Assembly: GCA_951406725.2 (NCBI GenBank)
Contig: OX597830.1
Coordinates: forward strand, 59,520,001 to 59,584,000
Reading direction: 5' to 3'
From: Octopus vulgaris
Taxonomy: Eukaryota
DNA length: 64,000 bases
Shown: piece by piece, positions 12,197-24,989 of the stretch
Layout of the letters: every line of letters begins with the position of its first letter
Position numbering within the stretch: the stretch's first letter is position 1
Notes under the pieces: model-generated
Database searches by the model: none
The model's input: only the letters and a program-made list of their open reading frames with translations
Told to the model about the DNA's origin: nothing
Position numbers and translations under genes: made by a program

Positions 12197-12318
12197 ATTC
12201 TTTCCTTCAACAACTTGACATTTTGGTAGTTCACATCATCTGCTTTAGCTTTAAAATCAAGGTAGGTTCCTCGGAAGGTTGTACATATTTTTTGAGCCCA
12301 TTTCAGGTTTTCTTGTGA
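12197..12318 (-). CDS. Dynein heavy chain-like exon (SQENLKWAQKICTTFRGTYLDFKAKADDVNYQNVKLLKERI)
   Basis: Acceptor ttttgtcatttAG, donor AT|GTGAGT, 122 nt, phase 0/2. Only one frame is open and it fits both neighbours. Confidence 0.9.
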
Positions 12319-13523
12319 CTAAATGACAAAATTGAAACATTAGATTGCTGTTTAGACCCTAATAGCTCTGACTTCATAAAGGAAGGAAAGCTGAGCTTCT
12401 GTGAACATTTCTTTCAGAGCAAGGATAAAGTTGTGAGTCAAATACTAATGTGGAAACTAATTCATGGCTAGCAAATTAAAAGTTGTTCTGCCAGAACATT
12501 TATCAACCAACTGGTTGAAGATTCTGCTTTATTGAAGAACAACCAACTAAAAGCAATGCCAGTGAGGGAATTTTGAAGTCTAATGGTTGATGGTATCTGT
12601 CTGTGGGCAGCATGGTAGGTAGGGATCTCTGACTCAGTAAATCTATAATCAGTGGCATTTTAACCATGCTGATCACATCCTTTTCTGGGACATATGTATC
12701 TAGGACTACATTATCCAAGAGTGTCTCTCCCGTTTCAAGTTGATAGGGTGTGATTTGAGAGATATTTGGTTGCTATTTTTAGCTGATCAAGCAACCATAT
12801 GGAGGCTCCCTCATTTGATATTCAATATTTGATTTAAGACAGTAACAGTAAGATACATTTTATTTGTGAGATTCATAGCAAAACATCTTTATCCTTTCAT
12901 TTTGATTCTCATTAAATCTGAATCTCTTTAAGACAATCAATAAAACATCACAATTCTTAGATTTTCAATATTTTCCAAAGTACTTTGAGAGGTGGAACTT
13001 GTGGTAGAAGGAGACTCATGAAGAAATGGGACAGAATACTGAAGGACGGCCTCAGGACACCGAACCTTGTAAAGGAGATGACAAAGGACTGAGACATCTG
13101 GTCCCTTGCAGTACTTGAGAAGATACGCACTCCCCAGAAGAAGTGTTAATGCTGCTCTCCCTGCTAAAGAGGATCAGCTTGCAAGAGCCCTGTGCCGGTG
13201 CCACATAATAGGGTCAGTGTCAGCACAATATAAAAAGTACCCGTGCGGGTGCCGCATAAAAAGCACCCATAAACTCTGTGAACTGGTTAGCATTAAAATG
13301 GACATGCAGCTATGGAAACCGAGCCAAATAAGACTGGAACTTGTTGCAGCTCTCCTGCTTGTCAGCTTTGGTCAAACTGTCCAACACATGCCAACATGAA
13401 AAATAGATGTTAAGTGATGGTCATGATGATGATGAGTGGATTAGATTTCAAATATTTCCTCTCCACAAATTGTTAGTATAATTTTAACTATATATGATAC
13501 GATGATGATGATGATAACCTCCA

Positions 13524-14131
13524 TACAGTGGGGTGCCCAAAAGTAACCAGAAACATTCTCTGTGGGACAAGTCCATTGTAGCTCAGGCTTCCACCACAAG
13601 AAGCCACTTGATGTGATCCTCAGGCATCAGTCTGCCAACCAGCAGCATTGACTACAGTTATACTGTTATGTTGTGCATCTTTGTTTTGCAGCACTTCTCC
13701 CCTGATCCTCGATTTTTGTGATGGCTAAAATGAAGGAACAGTCTGCTTTCATGAAATTCTGTTTTCTGCTGAGAAAAACAACAGCCAAAACAGTTGTCAC
13801 GCTTCAAACGGTTTACATGGAAACTGTCATGAGCAAAACAGGTTTACGGGTGGTTTTCATGCTTTAGGAATAGTCTCCTGTTGCTTGAAGACCAACCTTG
13901 TTCAGGGCAACTATACTCTTACTCTTTACTCTTTTACTTGTTTCAGTCATTTGACTGTGGCCATGCTGGAGCACTGCCTTTAGTCGAGCATATCGACCCC
14001 AGGACTTATTCTTTGTAAGCCTAGTACTTATTCTATCGGTCTCTTTTGCCAAGCTGCTAAGTTATGGGGACATAAACACACCAGCATAGGTTGTCAAGTG
14101 ATGTTGGGGAGACAAACACAGACACACAAAC

Positions 14132-14187
<56 letters not shown>

Positions 14188-15179
14188 TTAAACGACGGGC
14201 TTCTATCAGTTTCCGTCTACCAAATCCACTCACAAGGCTTTGGTCGGCCCGAGGTTATGGTAGAAGACACTTGCCCAAGGTGCCATGCAGTGGGAATGAA
14301 CCCAGAATCATGTGGTTGGTAAGCAGCTAACTACCACACAGCCACTCCTACGCCTATCACGAAAATTTGTGAACTGATTTTGGAGGACCATCGCTGAACA
14401 ATTGACAAACTTGTTGATATGACTGGTGTGTCCTGAAGCTCCTGCCAATGAATTTTGAGTGAGGAATTGCAAATGAAAAGAGTTGCAGCAAAATTGTGCC
14501 TCCCTTGTTCATGGAAGACCAAAAGCAATCATGACTGAATGGATGTCATGAACTGAAAGAACAGTTGGAAGTTGATCCAGACTTTTTTCTGAAGGTCATC
14601 ACTGATGATGAAAGTTGCTGTTATAGCTACAACCCAGAAATGAAGCAGCAATCAATAGAAGCATTCAATGTCACAATGGCCCCAAAAAGCATGTCAAGAG
14701 AAGTCAACGTCAAGACGATGCTGTTTTGTTTCATTGATGTGAAAGGAATTGTCCATAAAAAATTTGTTCCTCCTGGTTAAACTATTAACCAGACATTTTA
14801 CTTGGCAGATTGGAAGTGTTTACAAGATGCAGTGAGATGAAAATACCATGATCTGTGGCAAAGTAGAGAGTGGTGGTTTCAGGACAACAATGTGCCTGCA
14901 TGCACTACCTTGAGTGTGTGCAATTTTTGACCAAAAATGGCGTGACCCCATTTACCCACCCTCCCTATTCGCCTGATCTTCCTCCCTGCAACTTCTGTTT
15001 GTTCCCCAAAATGAAAGAAGTCCCTAAAGGAAAACGTTTTGCAGATGTGGAAGAGAGGAAGAAAAAAAAACAATGGTGTTAAAAGGCATCACTTTGCAAT
15101 AGATCCAGGACTGCTTCAAACAGTAGAAAACCCATCTGGACTAAAAGCATTGCTTCAAATGGAGAATATTTTGAAGGCG

Positions 15180-15214
<35 letters not shown>

Positions 15215-15561
15215 TGTTTAACGTCCACTTTCCATGCAAGCATGGGTTGGACCATTTGACTGAGAACTGGTGAACCAGATGGCTATGCTAGGCTCCAATC
15301 TGATTTGGCAGAGCTTCTACAGCTGGATGCCCTTCCTAACGCCAACCATTCTGAGAGTGTAGTGGGTACTTTTACATGCCACCGGCATGAGGGCCAGTCA
15401 GGCGGTACTGGCAATGGCCATGCTCAAATGGTGCTTTTTACGTGCCACCTGCACAGAAGCCAGTCCAGTGGCACTGGCAACGACCTCACTCAAATGTTTT
15501 TAAAACAAAGTGAATAAAATAATACTGCAAAATTCCTGTTTCTTTGAGTAGTCCCTCATAT
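13524..15561 (+). mobile_element. Degenerate full-length mariner, interrupted by a SINE B (13912-14356) and an RTE-tail repeat (15180-15500)
   Basis: Imperfect TIRs (TACAGTGGGGTGCCCAAAAGTAACCAGAA / TTCCTGTTTCTTTGAGTAGTCCCTCATA). Transposase pieces EQSAFMKFCFLL, VITDDESCCYSYNPEMKQQS and HPPYSPDLPPCNFCLFPKMK, with stops and frameshifts. Confidence 0.85.
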
Positions 15562-15707
15562 ACGGTAAAAAAAAAAACCCTTTTGTTTCCCAACAAACAT
15601 AATAGATGTTGAAGTTATAACAAAAAACAAGAAATCAGGCTTTTCATGGGTAAATGTTACAAACATTTCCCATAGAAACAGATGGAAGAAAAGTTGAATT
15701 CACTTAC

Positions 15708-15819
15708 GGTATCTGGGTCTTCGAGAATGTTATCATTAATCATGCTTTCTGCTTTGTTTATAAGGAAATTACAAAGTAGTTGAATGGTTAGGCTGAATTT
15801 ACTTTTCTGATGGCAATAC
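15708..15819 (-). CDS. Dynein heavy chain-like exon (YCHQKSKFSLTIQLLCNFLINKAESMINDNILEDPDT)
   Basis: Acceptor attttaaAG, donor ACC|GTAAGT, 112 nt, phase 2/0. Matches DHC_N1 'S.YY...R...LL..ICN.II'. Confidence 0.88.
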
Positions 15820-16951
15820 CTTTAAAATCATAACAGATTAAATGGAATCAGTTAAGTTCATAAATAATCAAACAGCTTTTAAGAATTTGATCAAACCAAA
15901 AGGAATAAGTTTGCTTTGCTAACATCTCTGGTAAATAAAAGAAGATGGAAAGTTATTTCGATAAGATTGATTTGAAGAGAAGCAAATGAAAATCTCTTAT
16001 AGTTTGTATTGAACAATTTTAGTGAAGATTGAAGCAAATAATTTAATCATTAGCTTAAGACAGCTGGGGCTTTTACTTAAGTTTGAACAATGTTAAAATC
16101 TTTCCTTATTTCCATCGGATATCCAGTTAATTCTTGTTTTGCAAATAACTATAATATAGATGCAAGATCTTATAGATGCCATCAGCATTATCGTTCAATG
16201 TCCACTTTTCCATGTTTGCATGGATCAGAAGGAATTCTAGTGAAATACATTTTTCAGGGCTGGATGCTGCTTCCTTTCACCAGCCCTCATCTGTTTCCAG
16301 GCAAATTAATATTTCCCCATGGCAGAATATGTTTCACAGAAAAACTGGAAATGAAGGACACTGCTTTTATGACACACACACACACACACACACATACACA
16401 CATTTTGCTTGTATATATAAAACCAATCTCAACACACACACACATATACACATGGCTATGATGCTCCCCCGTGACTCCTGCTCACAATCAGAGATGCACA
16501 TATTGTCAGCCACTAAGGAACATGCTCAAGCGGTTAATGTCAAGCAAGGGCCAAGCAAATCTGTGGTATTGAGCAGAATATTTACTATAATGATATTTCT
16601 GCTTCAGCAATTCAGTACTGATTCTGTCTGAAATGTAATGGAAAAAATGTCAGTTTCAAAACATTGATGTCCAGGTGACAAAAGCAAAGTTTGAAGGGAA
16701 TAGTGGTCATTTCCTTTGATTTCTGTCTAGAAGCAAATAGGAAATAACACTGACCAAAGACAAAAAAAAAAAATAGAAATTTTGTTACACGGTGTAATCG
16801 GCCTGCTTGGTCATTGATAATCTGTGGCTAATTAATAATAATACTTTCTTTAATAGAATTCAGTTCCCATTAAACATGAATCAATATCAAGATGAAACAG
16901 CCAGAGAAAATGTTGTTCTAGATATATTTTGTAGAAAGAATGGCACAACAT

Positions 16952-17580
16952 GGTTCTAGGACAGTTGTGTACTGGACATTTGCATCCCAGACAATTGCGC
17001 CCCCAGACAATTGCGCACCTGAATATTTGCCTCCCTAGACAAATGCGTCCCTGGACAGTTGTGTCCCTGTATTATTTTTAAAATTTACTTATCTTTTTTC
17101 AGGTGTATTTTTTGTTTATTTGGAACAGTTGATTATCAAAACTAATTGTAAATAAACACACTTAATAACTCTAAACAAGAGAGTAGGTAATAACGAATAT
17201 CTAAAAAAAGGAATAAAAGAGATAAAAGAGTTTAAAATTTACAAGTTTATTTTAGTTTAAAAAACGAAAACAGATTAACAATATTAAAAAATATTTCAGG
17301 ATTTATTTTAGTTTCACAAATAAATCAAAAGGTGTGAATGTTGTGAGCTATTCCTTTAAAAAATTTATCTTGTTTTCTGGAGTATATTTATCTAATAACT
17401 CCGTGGTTCTCTTAGATGCAGTTTTATTTTTTTGCTGTACTAGAATTCCTCTTTGAAAGTCCCTTTTTTTTTTTCTTTAAGGCAATAGCCTCCTCCTTTT
17501 TTAGAGTCTCAATCAATTTCCAAATAGAGGGGTGTTGACACGATAAAGAATACTACAAAGCATTGTGCAACCCCTGCTGA
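16952..17580 (-). mobile_element. MULE/Mutator DNA transposon 3' fragment with subterminal tandem repeats
   Basis: Minus strand encodes HNAL..SLSCQHPSIWKLIETLKKEE, a MULE C-terminal motif. The end has ~20-bp repeats (GGACAATTGCGCCCC-like). Confidence 0.7.
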
Positions 17581-18092
17581 GAAATGCAAAGGAAACTATT
17601 ATTATTGATACAGAATTAGTAACCTTTTAAGGTGGCGAGCTGGCAGAAACGTTAGCAGGTCAAGCAAAATGCTTAGCAGTATTTCGTCTGTCTTTACATT
17701 CTGAGTTCAAATTCTGCCAAGGTCAACTTTGCCTTTCATCCTTTCGGGATCAATAAATTAAGTACCAGTTGTGTACTGGGATTGATCTAATCGACTTATC
17801 CCTCTCCCCCAAAATTCAGGCTTTGTGCCTAGAGTAGGAAAGAATTAGTAACCTTTTATAATTTGATGAGTAATGATACTTCCTTAGGGATTGCTCAAAT
17901 TCTCTTTCAAAGCACACCCTACTGTCTCGAAAAAAGAGAAAGTACCACATTGGACAAGGTAGTCTTGGATTTACTAAAATACAGAATAGTCACAGCTTCA
18001 ACAACTATGATCATAACTCTACTGGAACAAAATTGACTTGAGGTTTAAACAGTAAAAACGATTAACAAGTGGTTTGTTGATGCGATACATAC

Positions 18093-18312
18093 AATGTGAT
18101 TTGATGCGATATGATTTGATGTGATGTGATTTGATGTGATGTGATTTGATGTGATATGATTTGATGTGATGTGATTTGATGTGATATGATTTGATGTGAT
18201 GTGATTTGATGTGATATGATTTGATGTGATATGATTTGATGTGATGTGATTTGATGCGATATGATTTGATGTGATGTGATTTGATGCAATATGATTTGAT
18301 GTGATGTGATTT
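18093..18312. repeat. Pentamer satellite (GATGT/GATTT/GATAT) with a 15-bp higher-order period
   Basis: Directly visible. Explains the KSHHI, ITSNH and SHQIT pseudo-ORFs. Confidence 0.95.
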
Positions 18313-18383
18313 GGAATCCTCATGCCACAACTCAGCTGAGTTTCACTCATTAGAATTATCAATGGAACATTAAAATGACTTAC

Positions 18384-18532
18384 GTTGAGTGTGACCACAT
18401 GAAGAACAAAGCTTTCATCAAGGATTCAAAATATAATAGAATCTCTTCTGGTTTTGTGCATTTCTCAATTCTGTTACAGCGTCTCCACAAAGATTCAAAG
18501 AATGGTATGACTGTTTCACATATTTCAATAAC
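18384..18532 (-). CDS. Dynein heavy chain-like exon (VIEICETVIPFFESLW...FESLMKALFFMWSHST)
   Basis: Acceptor ttttttaaatAG, donor AC|GTAAGT, 149 nt, phase 0/2. Matches DHC_N1 'LM..I..IWS.S'. Confidence 0.9.
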
Positions 18533-18944
18533 CTATTTAAAAAATTAATTAGAGTTTATTGACCTTAATTTTAAACATAAATAAGGCGTCTATGCCTTCT
18601 GAGTTCAAATTCTGCTGAGGTCAACTTTGCCTTTCATCCCTTCAGGGTTGATAAAATACATACCAATTGAGCACTGGGGTCAATCTAATTGACCTATCCT
18701 TCCCCCAAAATTGCTGGTCTTGTGCCAAAATTTGAAATCAACATTAAACATAAATATTAACCGAATCAGTGACTTTATTTTGTCTAAATTTTGCATTGTT
18801 TGAATTATTTAAACTTTTTAATTTTAAAACCATTAACAGATCCAATGAAAAAGGTGTGGCATTACAACATTAAAAAAAAGAAAAATCTAACATTTTGGGC
18901 TGTATCTTTTGTTAATCAGATATATATATATCACAACCTTCGAA

Positions 18945-19565
18945 CTTTAGCTCTCACTGAGGAAATGACTAGAGACCGAGACCTTTGGAAATATGCTGTG
19001 CGTGAGAAGACCCGGCAGGACAAGTGAGACCATAACCCGTGGCCTCTACCTGGTATGTAGCCAGTCGACTTATGCATACCTTTCCTTCTTGGGACACAAA
19101 ACTCTACTTGTGAAGACCTGTTGAGGCAAGTGAGAATTGAAATCGATCAACATCAATGGAAATTGCAGCTGTGATACTAGTGCCAGTGGCATGTAAGAGA
19201 ACCATCCAAACGTGGCCGTTGCCAGCGCCGCCCCGACTGGCCTCGTGCCGGTGGCACGTAAAAAGCATCATCTGTCCATGGCCGTTGCCAGCCTTGCCTG
19301 GCCCCCGTGCCAGTAGCCCGTAAAAAGCACCATCCGATCGTGGCCGTTTGCCAGCCTCGTCTGGCACCTGTGCCAGTGGCACGTAAAAAGCACCCACTAC
19401 ACTCACAAAGTGGTTGGCGTTAGGAAGGGCATCCAGCCGTAGAAACATTGCCAGATCAGACTGGGCCTGGTGCAGCCTTCTGGCTTCCCAGACCCCAGTT
19501 GATCCGTCCAACCCATGCTAGCATGGAGAACGGATGTTAAACGATGATGATGATGATGATGATAT
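18945..19565 (+). mobile_element. RTE-type LINE 3' end with long repetitive 3' UTR (copies also at ~7830-8040, 13000-13435, 21862-22170, 32940-33203, 34070-34215, 42470-42590)
   Basis: ORF end 'LTEEMTRDRDLWKYAVREKTR*'. UTR has repeated GTGCCxGTGGCACGTAAAAAGCAC units, a terminal CCATGCTAGCATGG palindrome and a (GAT)n tail. Confidence 0.8.
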
Positions 19566-20884
19566 ATATATATATATATATATTATATATTTGTGGTATT
19601 GAATAGGTAGACTTGGAGGAGAGAGAGAGACTAACAAAGATTAGTGAGATTGCCTTGTATCCTGCAAGACAGGAGGACATCCTTACTACACTATATTGTT
19701 TCCAGTCAGAAAAGACAACATGATTAATAAAGTAGATTGAAGAAAGGGTGATTGCCAAAGATGAACTAGGGAGAGATGTAGAAGAAGAAAGAGTATGAGG
19801 ACAGAAAGAGAGTGACTGAGGTAAGAATGTGAGGAGTAAAAGGAGCAATAAAGAGACACAGTAAAACTAGCATGTAATAAGAGAGAGATAGTATGTAATT
19901 AGAGATAGGACATTTTTGAAATGGTAAGTAATACCATTTGATAATCACAGGACCAACTCAGAGGGGTGGGTTAGTGGAATTGTTGCAGTCTCTATTGGAG
20001 AAACTGTGCTGTATGCTGTGTGTTCAGAATCCCATCTAAGCCACCATTTTAGTGAAGTAACCTCTTGCAAATAGACTAATAAAACAACACCACCAAAAAG
20101 AAAAGCAAAAAACAAGCCACCAAACTCAAAAAGTCTATGTACTTGTACAGATTCGAACCCCAACTGTAAAATTATCAGTTTATGGTCATGAGTATGCCAC
20201 AACAGCTTCAAACAGACAACCTAAAAATCAACCAATCAGCTTGAAGCTATGGCATCAACACCATCTCCAATGATCTGGAGATTTGTGCCCCTTTTCCCTA
20301 GTTAAGCAGTTTGGCGCCTAATTCATGGCAGAGACCACTGCTAGCATTTAAGCAAGACAGATCACAACTCTCTCTCATCCAAGTTTAACAATTTGCGGTT
20401 GATTTGTATCTTTGCTTTTCACTTTTGCCGATAGCTAATGGCTAAGCCAACGCAGTAAAGCTATTCCTACTCACTATTCTGATAACTAATGATTCTCTGA
20501 TAATTTATGCATGATACATGCATAAATTTTCTATCAATAAAATCTGTTGTCGAACATTTGCAAGTTTGCTTTTGTTACACTTCGCGAAGTCTGCTTGATC
20601 TTACATTCAATTAAAAAGGATTACAGCATTAATCTTTCTCACAACCAACCACGCAATGGTCTTCAGCAAATAGTAGATATAGCAGCTCAGGACATCCTAA
20701 GGACAATAAAGTGCTCAGACAGATAATGGTGATGATGATGCTGTTGATGTTGATGACTGTGGTTGTGATGATGTTCACTAGGAGAAGGAAGGCACAAAAA
20801 TCATTTTTAATATTAACAACAAAATTAGCTAATATAAACAACAATTATTTTCTTTCTTATATCAGCATAATTAAACAAAGATGG

Positions 20885-21030
20885 TGGTGGTGATGGTGGT
20901 GGTAGTAATAGTAGTAGTAATAGTAGTAGTAGTAGTAATAGTTGTAGTAGTAATAGTAGTAGTAATAGTAGTAGTAGTAGTAATAGTTGTAGTAGTAATA
21001 GTAGTAGTAGTAATTGTTGTTGTTGTTGTA
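20885..21030. repeat. Compound (TAG/TAA/TTG)n trinucleotide microsatellite
   Basis: Directly visible. Confidence 0.95.
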
Positions 21031-22311
21031 ACATTGGTCATGAATTCGTGGGAGGAAACAATTGATTGATTACACTGACTCCAGACCTTGGCTATCACTT
21101 TATTCTATCAACCCCTGAGAGTATGAGAGTCAGAGTTGATCTCAGCAAGATCTGAACTCAGAATGTAAAGATCCAAAACAAATGCTTCAAATGCATTCTA
21201 ACAATAATGATTTCAAATTCTGGCACAAAGCCAGCAATTTCAGAGGAGGGGTTAAGTCTATCACATCAACACCCCAGTGTTCAACTGGTACTTTACCAAC
21301 GCCAAAAGGATGAAAGGCAAAGTTGACCTTAGCAGAATTTGAACTCAAAACGTGAAGACAGATGAAATGTCACTAAGCACTTTACCCAATGTGCTAATGA
21401 GTCCTAGCGGTTTGGCAAAAGAAACCAACAGAATAAGTACCAAGCTTAAAAGGTACCAGACTACAAAAATCAAGTAGTGGGGTCAATTCATCAAACTAAA
21501 TGTTCTTCAAAGTGGTGCCTCAGCATGGCCACAGACTGGGGACTGGAAAAAAAATAAAAGATAAAACACTTTTGCGCACACACACACATACACACACACA
21601 CACACATACACATACACACACACATACACACAGATATATATGTATAGCTTTTATTCTTTTACTTGTTTCAGTCATTTGACTGTGGCCATGCTGGAGCACC
21701 ACCTTGAAGGGTTTTAGTTAAACAAACTGACTCCAGGACTTATTTTAGTACTTATTCTATCAGAGTCTCTTTTGACAAACTGCTAAGTTACGGGGGGCAT
21801 AACACCAACACCAGTTGTCAAGTGGTGATGGATGGACAAACACAGGCACAAAGACACACGATACCAGTGCCAGTGGCACATAAAAAGCACCATCCGAACG
21901 TGGCCATTGCCAGCACCGCTTCGACTGGCTTCTGTGCCGGTGGCACGTAAAAAGCACCAACTGATCGTAACCATTGCCAGCCTCGCCTGGCACCTGTGCC
22001 GATGGCACATAAAAAGCACCCACTACACTCACGGAGTGGTTGGCGTTAGGAAGGGATCCAGCTGTAGAAACACTGCCCGATCAGACTGGAGCCTGGTGCA
22101 GCCTCCTGGCTTCCCAGACCCCTGTCGAATCGTCCAACCCATGCTAGCATGGAAAACGGACGTTAAACGAATATATATAAAGAATCATTGGTTGAACTTT
22201 ACATACAACATCACCCCTTGAACATTTAATCATGTATAAAAATCACCATGGTTTTCAAACACATAAAAAAATAATGCATGTACATAAAATCCCAGAACGT
22301 AGAAATATATA

Positions 22312-22637
22312 ATCAGATTGCAACCCCCTTGATTATTATGTGTGAGGTGCAGTTGAGCGAGAAACCAAAAAAACTCCTTGTATCACCAAAGATGAACTGA
22401 AAGCAAAGACTATGGCAGTATTCACCAACTTAAAAAGGAGACCGCCCAGAAGAGTTGCCGGAGACACCCAAGTCGGTTGAAGGCCGTGGTTGAAGCCAAT
22501 GGGGATTTTATTGAATAAATTTACCCTTTAGTATTTCAAGATATTTTTAGGTAATTTTGGTAAATATATCAGTTAACATGAGCTAACAGAATTTAATTTT
22601 TGATTAGTTTAGACAAAAATTTATTCACTGCACCCTA
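22312..22637 (+). mobile_element. Tc1/mariner (maT/DD37D-like) transposase 3' fragment
   Basis: Encodes DCNPLDYYV(W)GAVERET and ends VVEANGDFIE*. TIR-like end ...TGCACCCT. Confidence 0.65.
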
Positions 22638-22850
22638 CCCATACTAGCATGGAAGGCAGATGTTAAACGATGATGATGATATATATATATATATATATAT
22701 ATATAGCCCACAGGTGAGATCCAGAGATTCTCCATATATACAACACTTCATAGGGCTCAAAAGATTCAAACTTAGATGCCAATGTGTTTACAGAGGATCA
22801 ATTCCACAAGATAAAGAATGGCTATAAGAGAGATCAAGTTGAGTGGGTGT

Positions 22851-23232
22851 AGAGGCAATTATGCATTTAAGTAAATTAAATACGTTAAATATATTAAATT
22901 GGTTATGAAATGCAAAATATGTACATGAATGCAAAACGAGAGAAAGCAGAAAGTGGAGACTTTCAGATGATGAATTTTTAAGTGTAAATACATAAGAATT
23001 TATATTAATAAGTCCAATTTACAGTTTGGACTCTGCATAAGCTAGACTTATTAATATAAATATCTATATATTTACACTTAAAAATTCATCATCTGAAAGT
23101 CTCCACCTTCTGCTTTCTCTCATTTTGCATGTATACATATATATAATATGTATACATATTTTGTATTTCATCCCCAAACTATTATATTTAATATATCTAA
23201 TGTGTCTAATTTGTGTATCCACATAATTGCCC

Positions 23233-23236
<4 letters not shown>
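22851..23236. repeat. ~385-bp fold-back inverted repeat
   Basis: Core arms 22930-23015 and 23045-23130 are near-perfect reverse complements. Pairing extends imperfectly to 22851/23236. Confidence 0.9.
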
Positions 23237-23289
<53 letters not shown>

Positions 23290-23495
23290 TATACAGAGCA
23301 AGAGAAACAGAGACAGACACAAAGACACAACAAAAGCAATAAGGTGCTTGGAGCAAAAATCAAGTCACATATTGAAATTTAAAGTTCCCTTCAGTGGGAT
23401 CGAACCTACATCTTGGAGACAGTAATGTTCACACTTCTTAAACAAACAACCATGGTTGTGCTCATGGAATTCATTTTAAAGAGAAAAGGACTCAC

Positions 23496-23717
23496 TTGGA
23501 CAGCTTTATTCTGTATATAAATGATGGCAGCAACAAAAGGATTGTCTGCTCTTTGAAGAGTTTCAATAATCTTCTGGTTAATTGGTAAACGGAGTTGAGT
23601 GAGAAATGAATGCAACTTTTTCAATTTCTCATTCCATATTTTTAATTGATCTTCGGGTGTAGGACTGATGCCAAAATTAGTCAGCAAGTCTTTGTCAGGA
23701 TCATGTAATAATATTGT
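23496..23717 (-). CDS. Dynein heavy chain-like exon (TILLHDPDKD...PTPEDQLKIWNEKLKKLHSFLTQL...NKAVQ), start of DHC_N1
   Basis: Acceptor ttttattttAG, donor CAA|GTGAGT, 222 nt, phase 0/0. Matches 'P..EL.FW......L.SI..QL'. Confidence 0.92.
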
Positions 23718-24989
23718 CTAAAATAAAATGGAAAGAAATTAATTAAATATTGTCACTGATTCCATTGTTTTTTTTATGCTAGTCATTGCACTCGAGCCAA
23801 GCAACCTTAAAGAAAGCCAATCAATTATATTGACTCCTGTATTACTTTCGTAACCTTGGAGAAGGACAAAAGCAAAACTAAACAAGCATTGAAGGATGCA
23901 ACTGAGACAGATAGAAGTTAGAGAAGAGGGAGCCCCAGGAAGACATGAGATGAAGTATTGAAGGCTGATCTCAAGACACTGAGCCTTACGAAGGAGATGA
24001 CTTAGGACTGAGATATCTGGCTCATTGCTGTACTCAAGAAGACCCATCTACCACAGCACAATTGATGCCCATGCTGGTGTAACATAAAGAGCACTGGTGT
24101 TGGTGCCATGCAAAAAAACACTGGTGCTGGGGCCACATAAAAAGCCCCCAATATACTCTGTGAAATGATTGACATTAGCTGTAGAAATCATGCCAAAACA
24201 GACAATGGAGCTTGGTGCAGCCCCTGGTTTTACCAGCTCTGGTCAAACCATCCAACCCATGCCAGTGTGGAAAATGGACATTAAATGATGATGATGATGA
24301 TGGTGATGGTGATGATAAATTATGACAGAAATATCATCAAATTTTTTCCAGGTGTAGCTGTGAGGCACAGACATGGCTGTGTGGGTAAGAACAGGGTTTC
24401 AGGTACAATCTCACTGTAGGGCACATTGGACAAATATCTGTCATTTATTCATGAAACAGAAGGCTGGAGGGAGAGAAAACTTATTAGCATTTCTGATTAT
24501 GTAAATAGAGAACAAAGGTCAGTAAAAGCTCTACTTTGAACATGCTGTAATAAAACTAGGACTCATTTGTGTTATGAAAGCTTGTGAAAGCAAATCAGTA
24601 TGAGAAGAAATGCAATTAGTTCTTTGATAGAAACACCAAAAATGTGAACTCATGACTCTTCATTGGGGAGAGGCATGGTTCTAGGATTGGAATTTAAAGA
24701 CAGAAATGAAGAGTTTGATTGGAAACGTGTGTTTTGCTTATCATCCTTAAACAACCCTTATTCAGGGACCTACTCAACCTGAAGAAAATTCTAACTGAGC
24801 CCCACCTGCAAGGTCATGCTCTGTTTATCTTGATTTGAGATCACAATGTCGCTCACATATGGTTGTGATGCATGTGCCTAGTGTACCCTTATCAGACGGA
24901 GAGGCATGATGGGTATACTGGGTTTTGTATATTTTACCCCAGTGTCATTTTGATGGCATGCACTGCTCTCTCACTCAATGATAATAATA

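Noticed and set aside
18019-18398. Repetitive ORFs (KSHHI, ITSNH, SHQIT)
   Set aside because: Translations of a pentamer satellite in intronic position.
19170-19400. CRISPR-like repeat/spacer appearance
   Set aside because: The spacers resemble each other, there are no cas genes, the context is eukaryotic, and it is part of a retroposon 3' UTR.
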